Assembly (NCBI GenBank): GCA_963807945.1
Contig: CAWEDT010000010.1
Span: forward strand, 176,799 to 240,798
Origin: an uncultured Actinomycetes bacterium
GTDB taxonomy: Bacteria; Actinomycetota; Acidimicrobiia; IMCC26256; PALSA-610
DNA length: 64,000 nt
Direction of reading: 5' to 3'
Of the stretch, positions 19,576 through 29,254 are shown piece after piece. The first letter of the stretch is position 1. Each line of letters opens with the position of its first letter. The notes beneath the pieces were generated by a model. It searched no databases, was not told the DNA's origin, and saw nothing but the letters and a program-made list of their open reading frames with translations. Both the position numbers and the translations under genes were made by a program.

Positions 19576-21957
19576 ATGAGCGAGCCGCCCGTCGGGACGT
19601 GCTGGAGGCTCCGCTCACCGACCTCATGGCCGCGGCCGCGGCCCAGCGGGATGCGCAATTCGGTACCCGGGTCACCTTACTCGCCCAAGGTGTTCATCCC
19701 GCTCACGATGCTGTGCCGCGACCGGTGCGGCTACTGCACCTTCGCCAAGGCGCCGGCTCGCGTCAGCGCGCCGTACCTCACACCCGACGAGGTGCTCGCG
19801 ATCGCCCGCCGCGGCGCCGAGCTCGGTTGCTAGGAGGCGTTGTTCACGCTGGGCGAAGAGCCCGAAGCTCGCTACCCGCAGGCGGCGGAGTGGCTCGAGG
19901 CCAACGGCTACGCGTCCACGGTCGACTACCTCGTCGCGATGGCGAAGCTGGTGCTCGACGAGACCGGGCTGCTCCCCCACGCCAACGCGGGCGCGCTCAC
20001 CGCAGGCGGAGCTCGAGCGGCTGCGCGCGGTGAGCCCGTCGCAGGGAATGATGATCGAGACGCTCGCGGCCCGCCTCGGTGAGCACGGCGGGCCCGCACT
20101 ACGGCGCGCCCGACAAGACTCCGGAGCGGCGGCTCGCGACCCTCGAAGCGGCCGGCCGCGGCGCACGTTCCGTTCACCACCGGGATCCTCGTGGGCATCG
20201 GCGAGACGCGTGAAGAACGCATCGACGCGCTCGAGGCGATCGCCGACATCCACCGCCGCCACGGTCACGTGCAGGAAGTGATCGTCCAGAACTTCCTGCC
20301 GAAGCCGGCACGTCGATGCACAAGGCGCACGCGTGCCCGCCCGACGAGCTGCTGTGGTCGATCGCGGCCGCGCGGCTCGTTGCTTCCCGATGCCGTGCAT
20401 CTCCAGGCGCCGCCGAACCTGAGCGACGACCTCGGCGCCGTTGCTCGCGGCGGGCATCGACGACTGGGGCGGCGTCTCGCCCGTCACGGTCGACCACGTG
20501 AATCCCGAGCGGCCGTGGCCCGCGCTCGATCGGCTGCGGGCCGCGACCGAAGCGAGTCGGTCACGTGCTCGCGCCGCGGCTCACGATCTATCCCGAGTTC
20601 GTGCGCGATCCCGATACCTGGCTGGATCCCGCGCTGCGTACGCCGGTGCTGGTCGTCTCCGACTCCGAAGGCCTCGGGCGCGATGGCGCCTGGTCGCCGG
20701 GCCGCGACGACTTCACGCCGCCCCGCTGCTCGCCGCCGCTCCGGACGCCGTCGCCGCGCCGGAAGCCCGGTCGGCGAAGTGCTCGACGGCGTGCTCGCGG
20801 GCCAAGAGGTCGACGTCGACGAGATCGTCACGTTGCTGTCGGCGCGCGGCCCCGAGGTCGTTCGGACGTCGCGGCGGTCGCCGATCGAGCTGCGCCGCGA
20901 GATCGTGGGCGACGAGATCACGTTCGTGCGGAACCGCAACATCAACTACACGAACGTGTGCACGTTCAAGTGCCGGTTCTGCGCGTTCTCGAAGGGTCCG
21001 CTCTCGCTCAATCTCCGCGGGCAGCCGTATCTGCTCGAGCTGGAGGAGATGCAGCGCCGCGTGGTGGAAGCGGTCGAGTGCGGCGCCACCGAGGTGTGCC
21101 TGCAGGGCGGGATCCATCCCGACTTCGACGGCGACTACTACGTCGACGTCGCCAAAGCGGTGAAAGCGGTCGCGCCGCAGATCCACGTGCACGGGTTCAC
21201 CGCGCTCGAGGTGACCGAAGGCGCCCGGCGTCTCGAAATGCCGCTCGCCGAGTACCTGCGCAAGCTCAAGGACGCCGGACTCGCGACCCTTCCGGGTACC
21301 GCGGCCGAGATCCTCGACGACGAAGTGCGGGCCGATCATCTGCCCCGACAAGGTGAACACCGAGGAGTGGCTCGAAGCGCACCGCACCGCGCACTCGGTC
21401 GGTCTGCGCTCGAACGTCACGATCATGTTCGGCACGGTCGAACGCCCGGTGCACGTCGCGCGCCACCTCGTGCGCTCGCGTGCGCTGCAGAAGGAGACCG
21501 GCGGCTTCACCGAGTTCGTGCCGCTGCCGTTCGTGCACATGGCCACGCCGATCTTCCTGCAGGGCAAGGCCCGCCGCGGCCCGACGTTCCGCGAGGTGCT
21601 GTTGATGCACGCGGTCGGCCGCATCGCGTACCGCGGTTGGATCGACAACATCCAGGCGTCGTGGGTGAAGTGCGGCGTGGTCGGCGCCCGCCAGATCCTG
21701 CAGGCCGGTGCCAACGACCTCGGCGGCACGCTGATGGACGAGAACATCTCGCGCGCGGCGGGCGCGAGCCACGGCCAGGAGCTCGACGAGTCGGAGATTC
21801 GCGCGATCGTCGAGCCGCTCGGGCGCCCGCTCGTGCAACGCACGACCCTCTACGGCCGCACGCAGACGGTGGGCGAGCGCCTCCGTCCGCCCGAAGATCA
21901 TGCGCACGGCGACGGCGGCGACACGCCCGTCGTGCTGCTCGGGAGCGCCGTCGATGA
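19576..21957 (+). CDS. fbiC: FO synthase FbiC (fused CofG/CofH radical-SAM domains) for F420 biosynthesis; in-frame TAG at 19831 plus several frame changes
   Basis: Motifs: [19 protein letters not shown] (CofG CxxxCxxC); [19 protein letters not shown]; ANAGAL; SQGMMIE; [37 protein letters not shown]; [25 protein letters not shown] (CofH cluster); [11 protein letters not shown]; [10 protein letters not shown]; [11 protein letters not shown]; [21 protein letters not shown] 21955-21957 overlaps ATG 21954. Confidence 0.85.
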
Positions 21958-22974
21958 GCCCCATCTGGAGCTCGCCGACGATCGACGTCGTCGCGCTCGG
22001 CCACCCGCTCGTCGACGTGCTGGCGCACGAGACCGACGACGTCGTCGCCCGTACCGGCGTGGAACGCGGGCGCGATGACGATGGTCGACGCGGGTCGCTC
22101 CGACGAGATCTACGCCGAGCTCGGGCCCGGCGCAAGGAGACATCCGGCGGATCGGCCGCGAACACCACGGTCGGCGTCGCCGTCGTTCGGCGGGAAGGCC
22201 GCGTTCATCGGTCGCATCGCCGACGACACGTTCGGCAAGGTGTTCGCCCACGACTTGCGCGCGCGCCGGCGTGGAGTTCGACGTCGTCCCCGCGACCGAC
22301 GGGTCGCCGACCGGTCGGTGCCTCGTGATCGTCGGGCGCCGACGCCGAGCGCACGATGTGCACGTACCTCGGCGCGGGCGCCGAGATCGACCCGGTCGAC
22401 GTCGACGCCGATCGCATCGCGAGCGCGGCGGTCACCTACCTCGAGGGCTACCTCTGGGACGGTCCGGAAGCGCAAGGATGCGATCCGGCGGGCGGCCACC
22501 CTCGCCAAGGATGCGGGCCGCAAGGTCGCGCTCACGCTCTCCGATCCGTTCTGCGTTCGATCGCCACCGTGCGGAGTTCCTCGAGCTGATCGAGTCGGAG
22601 CATCGACGTGTTGTTCGCCAACGAAGACGAGATCACCTCGCTCTACGAGGTCGACGCGTTCGACGACGCGGCCCGGCTGCATCGCCGCAAGACTGCGAGA
22701 TCGCCGCGCTCACTCGCGGTGCCAAGGGTTCGGTCGTGATCAGCGGCGAGTGAGCGGCACGAGATCGCCGCGGTCCCGATCGAGCAGCTGGTCGACACGA
22801 CCGGCGCCGGTGACATCTACGCGGCGGGATTTCTCTACGGCCTGACCCACGGTCACGACTTGGCCAAGTGCGGCGCGCTCGGCGTCGCTCGGCGCCGCCG
22901 AGGTGATCTCCCATCTCGGCCCCCGTCCGGAAGTACCGCTCGCCGAGTTGGCGAGCCGGCTGCTCGATTCATGA
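21954..22974 (+). CDS. PfkB-family carbohydrate/adenosine kinase (frame-disrupted)
   Basis: Motifs: [22 protein letters not shown]; [13 protein letters not shown]; [23 protein letters not shown]; TGRCLVIV; [12 protein letters not shown]; [10 protein letters not shown]; [12 protein letters not shown]; [16 protein letters not shown]; [19 protein letters not shown] (PfkB signature). The C-terminus is [22 protein letters not shown]. Confidence 0.8.
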
Positions 22975-22984
22975 TCGGGCGCTG

Positions 22985-24025
22985 ATGGCGCGGCTCCCCC
23001 GCTACCGCACCGGCGACCCCGAGCTCGACCAGCGCCTCGCGGATCTCATCGCCGAGCTCGGCGACATTCACGACTCCGATCTCGTGTTCGAGCTGATGGT
23101 GTCGGCGGTGCGCCTCGCGCGTGAGCGCGCTCGCGCGGCGACCTGAAGATGGCCAACGCCGCGCTGAAGGAGATGCGCTACGGCTTCACCGTGTTCGAGC
23201 CGTACCGCTCGGCGCGCAAGGCCGCGATCTTCGGCTCCGCGCGCACGAAGCGGGACGATCCGTTGTACGAACAGACCGTCGCACTCGCGCGTGAGCTGGC
23301 CGAGGTCGACTGGATGGTCATCACCGGTGCCGGTCCGGGGATCATGGAAGCCGGTATCGAAGGTGCGGGCGCCGCGAACAGCTTCGGCGTGAGCATCCGG
23401 TTGCCGTTCGAGGCCGCGACCACGCAGTTCCTCGCCGACGATCCGAAGCTCGTGAACTTCCGCTACTTCTTCACGCGCAAGGTCACGTTCGTGAAGGAAG
23501 CGCACGCGTTCATGCTTGTTGCCCGGCGGCTTCGGCACGCTCGACGAAGCGTTCGAGTTGCTCACGCTCGTGCAGACCGGCAAGTCGGTGCCCGCACCGA
23601 TCGTGCTGCTCGACGTTCCCGGTGGCACCTACTGGCGCACTTGGGTCGAGTTCGTGCAACGCGAGCTGCAAGATCGCAACTACATCTCGCCCGACGACGC
23701 TGAGCTCTACGTGATCACCGACGACGTCCGCGTCGCGCTCGAAGAGGTCGTCGCGCTTCTACCGCAACTATCACTCTCTACGTTTTGTCGAGGGTGACCT
23801 CGTGCTTGCGCATGCAGACGCTGCCGTCGGACTCGGTGATCGCCGTCGCTGAACGCCGACTTCGCCGACATCATCACGAGCGGCGAGATCGCGCCGGTAG
23901 AGGCGAGCAAGGCCGAGATCGCCGACCGTGACGTTCCCGATCTCGCGCGCTTGTGCATGCGCTTCGATCGCCATTCGTACGCGCGCCTGCATGCATTGAT
24001 CAGGCGCTTGAACGCACCCGCTTGA
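22985..24025 (+). CDS. LOG/TIGR00730-family Rossmann protein, long form with N- and C-terminal extensions (frame-disrupted)
   Basis: Motifs: MARLPRYRTGDPELDQRLADLIAELGD; KAAIFGSARTKRDDPLYEQTVALARELAEVDWMVITGAGPGIMEAGIEGAG; VNFRYFFTRKVTFVKEA; LLPGGFGTLDEAFELLTLVQTGK (PGGxGTxxE). The C-terminus is YHSLRFVEGDLVL..LNADFADIITSGEI..RLCMRFDRHSYARLHALIRRLNAPA*. Confidence 0.8.
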
Positions 24026-24145
24026 CCGGGCGCGGCGTCCGCCGTCTCACCTGCGGTTCGCCGATCGACGTGTAGCTTCTCGGCCGATTGGGGAAAAGGA
24101 GGTCGTTGGTCAACGACGGCCATCACGGACTGAGACGGAGGAACT

Positions 24146-25300
24146 ATGCCGAAGAGGCACCTGACCGCAACGATCGCGCTCGTCGTCGCTGCGACCTGTG
24201 GCTTCGCAGCCCCGGCGAGTGCGCACAACAGTCACGGCGACAATCACCGCAGTGACAAGCATCACGATCGCCATCACCACAAGCACGACGATGGTGGAAG
24301 TCCGCCCGGCACGGTTTCGATCGTCGCCGACAACCTGAACAACCCGCGTCAGATCACGATTCACGACGGCGCGATCTACGTCGCCGAAGCCGGAACTGGC
24401 GGCGACATCTGCCCGCCTGATGCAGGAGGTGCGTGCCTCGGCTTCACCGGTTCGGTGACCCGCGTGCAGCACGGCGACGCCGAGCGCGTACAGACCGGAT
24501 TGATCTCGGTCGCCAGCCCCGAGGGTGACATCGTGGGTGTCGACTCATTGGCGTTCGGGAAGCACGATCAGCTCTACGGCGTCGCGACCGGTACCTGCGG
24601 CGTCGACCCGGCGTCATTGCCGCCGGAGATTGCCGCCCAGCTCGGCCAGGTCCTTCGTCTCAACGGCGGGACCGACACGACCGCCGTTGCGGATCCCCAG
24701 GGCTTCGAGTGCTCGCAGAATCCCGACGGCCAGGAAGCCGACAGCGATCCGTACGGTCTTGCCATCCGGGGCCACAAGATCTTCGTCGCCGACGCGGCGG
24801 GGAATGACGTGGTGAAGTTCGACAAGCACAAGGCACCCGAAGCGACCGTGTTGTCGACGACCGGCCAGCCGGTCCCGACGTCACTCGCGTGGGGTCCGCA
24901 CGGTGACCTGTTCATCGGCACGCTCAACTTCGAGGGCGGCCCGGGCGGCGCGAACGTGTACCGCTTGAACGTGCACACCGGTGAGTTGTCGGTGTACGCC
25001 AGCGGATTGACGGCGATCACGTCGCTCGCGTTCGGCGACCACGGTCGCCTGTACGTGACCGAGTGGACGACCGGCTTCGACTCGACGGGTGCTCCGTTGC
25101 CGAATGGTGACGTTGTGTCGATCCCGTACGGCGGTGGAACCGACGGTCGCCAGATCATCGGCGCCGGTTCGTTGCACTTCCCGACCGGTGTCGCGGTTTC
25201 CTGCGGCAACGTCTACGTCTCCAACTGGGGCATCGCCACCGGTGAAGACGGTCCGTTCGGGCCGGGCAACCACGGTCAGCTGGTGAAGATCAGTCAGTGA
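24146..25300 (+). CDS. secreted ScyD/ScyE-family beta-propeller-like protein with a histidine-rich N-terminal insert (intact)
   Basis: Single 384-aa ORF. The signal peptide is MPKRHLTATIALVVAATCGFAAPASA, followed by AHNSHGDNHRSDKHHDRHHHKHDDGGS. Next comes IVADNLNNPRQITIHDGAIYVAEAGTGGD..C..GFTGSVTRV and repeated ..DLFIGT.., ..RLYVTEW.., ..VYVSNW.. blades. GGAGGA lies before the ATG. Confidence 0.7.
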   Translation: MPKRHLTATIALVVAATCGFAAPASAHNSHGDNHRSDKHHDRHHHKHDDGGSPPGTVSIVADNLNNPRQITIHDGAIYVAEAGTGGDICPPDAGGACLGFTGSVTRVQHGDAERVQTGLISVASPEGDIVGVDSLAFGKHDQLYGVATGTCGVDPASLPPEIAAQLGQVLRLNGGTDTTAVADPQGFECSQNPDGQEADSDPYGLAIRGHKIFVADAAGNDVVKFDKHKAPEATVLSTTGQPVPTSLAWGPHGDLFIGTLNFEGGPGGANVYRLNVHTGELSVYASGLTAITSLAFGDHGRLYVTEWTTGFDSTGAPLPNGDVVSIPYGGGTDGRQIIGAGSLHFPTGVAVSCGNVYVSNWGIATGEDGPFGPGNHGQLVKISQ

Positions 25301-25502
25301 ACGAACGAGGCGTGAGCGCGCCGATCGCCTTGGCGACGGCGCGCCGCGCCTGTTCGAGCCGCTTCTCGTCTTGATTCGCGGCCTTGCCTGCTTCGCTCTC
25401 CGGATCGCGGGCGCGTTCCCGGAGGCGGTCGTAGGCAAGGTCGCGAAGCTCTTCTTCGATCGTGACCAGCCGCTCGACGATCCCTTCGTAACGCTCATCC
25501 AC
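25290..25502 (-). CDS. small helical protein, 70 aa, function unknown (intact)
   Basis: GTG 25502 gives [70 protein letters not shown]. The start overlaps the glcF-like stop by 8 nt, and the gene converges on the ScyD/ScyE-like gene. Confidence 0.5.
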   Translation of the reverse strand: MDERYEGIVERLVTIEEELRDLAYDRLRERARDPESEAGKAANQDEKRLEQARRAVAKAIGALTPRSFTD

Positions 25503-26696
25503 GATGGTCGTTCTCCTCTGTGAGTGCCGCCGCGAGCAGATCCGCGGGGTGACGAACGTCGAGACCGGCTTGGCGAAGATGCAACATGCAACCCGGGTTG
25601 GCCGATACGACGATCGCGCCACTTCCCTTCGCGTCGCCGGCGCCGGCCCGGCGCAGCGCGTCGGCCTTGCGGGTTCGGATCGCGGTCGCGAGATCAGGTT
25701 GCAGCACCGCGTACGCGCCGCCCGCACCGCAACACAGGCCGTCATCGTCGGTCTCGGCGAGCGTGTAGGCGGGCGCGAGCACCGTCCGCACAGCGGTGTG
25801 CGCGCGCTGGACGTGCCGGAGATGGCACGGATCTTGCACAACGAGCGTGGTCGTGGTCGGTTCCAGTGCCGGGACCCCCTGTTCCACGACCCACTCGGAG
25901 AAGTCGCGAACTCGCGCGCTGAACGCTTCCGCTTCTGCGGTGCCGAGTAGCCGGCCGTAGTCCTTCATCGCCGCGCCGCACCCCGCACTGTTCACGACGA
26001 TCGGTGCCGTGCCCGGCATCGACGCGATCACGCGGCGGGCCAATCGTTTCGCGTCGTTGGCGCGGCCCGCGTGCGATATGCAATGCCCCGCAACAGTCTC
26101 CGCCGCTGCCCGGGGCGCGCGACCACGGCACCGGCCGCGCGCATGACGCGCACGGTCGAACGATGCGTGTCGCGCAGCCACGCGTCCATCACGCAGCCGG
26201 TGAAGCACCACGCCGTGGGGTCGCCGCCGCGAGGCGCGTCGAGGGGAGTTGCCAGTGATCGTGCGGACAGCGCCGGAAGCCCGAACCGGCGCGGGAGCAG
26301 GCGGAGTCGCTGCAATATCCATGCGCCCCATGTGATCGCGAGCAACAGCCAGTGGATCGGTAGGAGCAACCGGTAGCCGATCCATTCCGCGGCGCGCCGC
26401 GACTGCGACGTCGGGTCGCCGCGCTCGTGGAGCGCATCGCGCGTGGCCTCCATCAGGTGCCCGAACTGCACCGACGACGGGCACGCGGCCTCGCAGCCTC
26501 GGCACTGCACGCATTCGTTCATCGCGGTCTCGAACGCGGCGTCGATCGGCGTGCCCTCCATCTCGACCATGCGCATCGCGGCGATGCGACCGCGCGGCGA
26601 CGCGATCTCCAGCCCGGTGACGCGGTACGTCGGGCAGTGCGGCAGGCACAACCCGCACGACACGCACGAGACGAGCTCGGTCTCGTCGAGATGCAA
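25495..26696 (-). CDS. glcF: glycolate oxidase-type iron-sulfur subunit (GlcF-like, 2x4Fe-4S plus CCG domains) (frame-disrupted)
   Basis: Motifs: [21 protein letters not shown]; [11 protein letters not shown]; [22 protein letters not shown]; [11 protein letters not shown]; CCGALH; [14 protein letters not shown]; [13 protein letters not shown]; [12 protein letters not shown]; [12 protein letters not shown]. ORFs 26028..26696 and 25495..26877. The start is TTG 26696. Confidence 0.85.
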
Positions 26697-26714
26697 GCGG
26701 GCCCGGTACGCGGT

Positions 26715-27724
26715 TCACAGCGGCACCCGTCCGGGCGCGAGCTTGCCGGTCGGGTCGAACGCGTCCTTCACCCGGCGCATCAACTGCGCGTTCGGAAGGT
26801 CGCAGCCGAAGCCGTCGATGCCGGCGTCCACCTGCTTCCCGCAAGAGCCAGCCGTCGTATCGTGCCCGCGGCGTCACGCGCGGCCGAGAGCACGGCTTCG
26901 TCGTCGCCCGCGACGTGCACGGTGCCGACGCCCAGCTCGGCGCACCAGCGCGCGCCGGGCACCGCGTCGAGCGCGCGCCCGAGCATCGCGAGCGCGCCGG
27001 GCGGCACCGAGATCCGGCCCCGATGGGCGCCGGTCGGGAGCGGCGGCGGCGTCGGCCTCGGTCAACCCCTCGGCTTGCGCGTCGACGTCAGCCGGCACGC
27101 CCTCGAGCAACACGTGCGTGGTCGCCCCGTCCCAGAGCAATGACGACGCGCGGAAGAAGTCGGGAGCTACGCCATCCGGGGAAGCGTCGACGCGAAACCA
27201 TTGGGCGCGCGCCGCGCGGGGCCGGCACCGCAAGCGTCAGTTGCACCAGCACACCGAGCGTCCCGAATGATCCGACGAGCAGCCGCGGCAGGTCGTAGCC
27301 GGTCACGTTCTTGACGGTTTGCCCGCCGCCCTTCACCAGGCGCCCGTCGGCGGTGACGAACCGCACTTCGAGCACGTTGTCGCGGAGCGGACCGTGCCGC
27401 AGCCGGCGCGTGCCCGACAACCCGCACGCGACGATGCCGCCGATCGTCGCGGCCGGGTCGCGCGGATCGAGCGCGCATTCCTGCCCGTATTCGGCGAGCG
27501 CGGCGTCGAGCGTCGCGAACGACGTTCCCGCGCCGACGGTGATGGTCAGGTCTTCGGGTTCGTAGCGGGCGACCCCGGCGGGCGCCGAGACCTCGCACGC
27601 CGGATGCGCACGGGTTGCCGACCTCCCATTGCGTGCGCGCACCGACCGGGATCACCGACTCCGCCTGTGCGATCGTGGCGGCGATCCCCTCGATCGCGCC
27701 CGCGTCGAGCGCGTTCAGATCCAC
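26715..27724 (-). CDS. glcE: glycolate oxidase-type FAD-binding subunit (GlcE-like) (frame-disrupted)
   Basis: GTG 27724 gives [36 protein letters not shown]. Motifs: VARYEPEDLTITVGAGTSFATLDAALAEYGQECALDP; ATIGGIVACGLSGTRRLRHGPLRDNVLEVRFVTADGRLVKGGGQTVKNVTGYDLPRLLVGSFGTLGVLVQLTL. The C-terminus is ..MRRVKDAFDPTGKLAPGRVPL*. Confidence 0.8.
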
Positions 27725-29147
27725 GTCCCCTCCGGGACTCGTTGCAGCTCGCCGCACCGGCTGCCGCTGGGCAGGACCTTCGAGCGGGTTCGCCGCGCCG
27801 TTGGGATCGAACGCATCTCGCAGCCGGGCCTGCGCGTCGAGGTCGTCGGCGTTGAACATGAGCGGCATGAGGTCACGCTTCTCGATGCCGACGCCGTGCT
27901 CACCGGTGAGCACGCCGCCCGCGTCGATGCACGTGGTGAGGATCTCGTTGCCCGCTTCGTATACGCGTTCCCAAACGCCCGGCTCGCGCCGGTCGAACAC
28001 GATCAGCGGGTGCAGGTTGCCGTCGCCCGCGTGGAACACGTTCATGGTGATGAGCTCGTGCGCGTCGGCGATCTCGTAGACGCGCCGGAGCACCTCGACC
28101 AGGCGCGTGCGAGGCACCACCGCGTCGTGCAGGTAGTAGTCGGGCGCGATGCGCGCGATCGCGCCGAATGCCGACTTCCGTCCCTTCCACAACAGTGCGC
28201 GCTCGGCGTCGTCGGCCGCGACCCGCACGCTGACCGCGCCGTGGCCGTCGGGCGATATCGCGAATCGCCTCCACCTGGGCGTCGACTCCGCCGTTGAGTC
28301 CGTCGACCTCGACGAGCAACACTGCTTCGGCGTCGCGCGGATACCCGGCGCCCACGAAGTCTTCGACGGCTGCTCGTGATCTTGCGCGTCCATCATCTCG
28401 AGCGCGGCCGGGAGCACGCCACCGGCGATCGTTCCGGTGACGGTGGACGACGCGGCGTCGATCGAATCGAACGCGCACAGCATGGTTGCGACCGCGGGTG
28501 GATTCGGCGTGAGGCGCACCGCGACGCGTGTCGCGATACCCATCGTTCCTTCCGATCCCACGAAGCACCCGCGCAGGTCGTAGCCGGGCGCATCGGGTGC
28601 GAGTCCGCCGAGGCGGGTCGAGCTCGCCGTCGGCCAGCACCACGTCGACCGCGAGCACGTGCGCGGACGTGACGCCCGACGCGAGGCAGTGCGGACCGCC
28701 GGCGTTGGTCGCGACGTTGCCGCCGATGGTGCACGCCTGCTGCGACGACGGGTCGGGCGCGTAGTGCAGCCCGAGGTGCGAGACCGCCCGGGTCAGGTCG
28801 AGATTGAGCACGCCGGGCTCGACCCACGCCACCCGTGAGTGGGGGTCGATGTCGAGCACGCGGTTCATGCGCGTGGTCACGATCACGACGGGATCTCCGA
28901 GCGGCGTCGCACCACCCGCGAGGCCGGTACCGCTGCCACGAGCTACGAACGGACGGCCGTGGCGACGCGCGACGCGGACCGCAGCCGCGACCTCATCGGC
29001 GGAGCGGGGCCAGCAGACGGCGACGGCCTGGCCCTCGCTCACCCCCGCATCGCGCCCGTACAACGCGAGCTCGAGGGGCTCGGCACTCGCACCGGCCGGA
29101 CCGAGCGTATCGCGGAGGTCAGCCAGTAGCGCGTCGTCGTGTCCGAT
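27715..29147 (-). CDS. glcD: glycolate oxidase-type FAD-linked subunit (GlcD-like) (frame-disrupted; no canonical start codon found)
   Basis: Motifs: [30 protein letters not shown]; [40 protein letters not shown]; [13 protein letters not shown]; [27 protein letters not shown]; [13 protein letters not shown]; [14 protein letters not shown]; [15 protein letters not shown]. The C-terminus is [14 protein letters not shown]... The reading frame opens right after TAG 29157-29159, with only ATC/CTG as possible starts before TTG 29063. Confidence 0.8.
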
Positions 29148-29254
29148 CCGCGCAGCCTACCGAGCGGGTCGCGACCGGTTTGCCCCCAACGGGTGGTCGA
29201 TCTCGGGCAGGACTGGCAAGCTGCGACGCGCGGGGGTTCTACGTCGGAGGGCAC

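Noticed and set aside
19831-19833. In-frame TAG in fbiC as evidence for stop-codon recoding (pyrrolysine or a reassigned amber codon).
   Set aside because: Several well-supported genes in the window terminate at TAG: 5441-5443, 34143-34145, 53533-53535 and 63818-63820. No pyl-type genes are present, and the surrounding region is full of other sequence lesions. A point error or mutation is the simpler reading.
1-23000. Genuine mass pseudogenisation, meaning reductive evolution as in Mycobacterium leprae.
   Set aside because: The lesions are almost exclusively frame shifts. Protein motifs and codon usage are intact, stop/start overlaps are preserved, and only one nonsense codon is present. Real decaying genes accumulate many substitutions and stops. 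I keep this as the alternative to be excluded with reads, not as the preferred reading.
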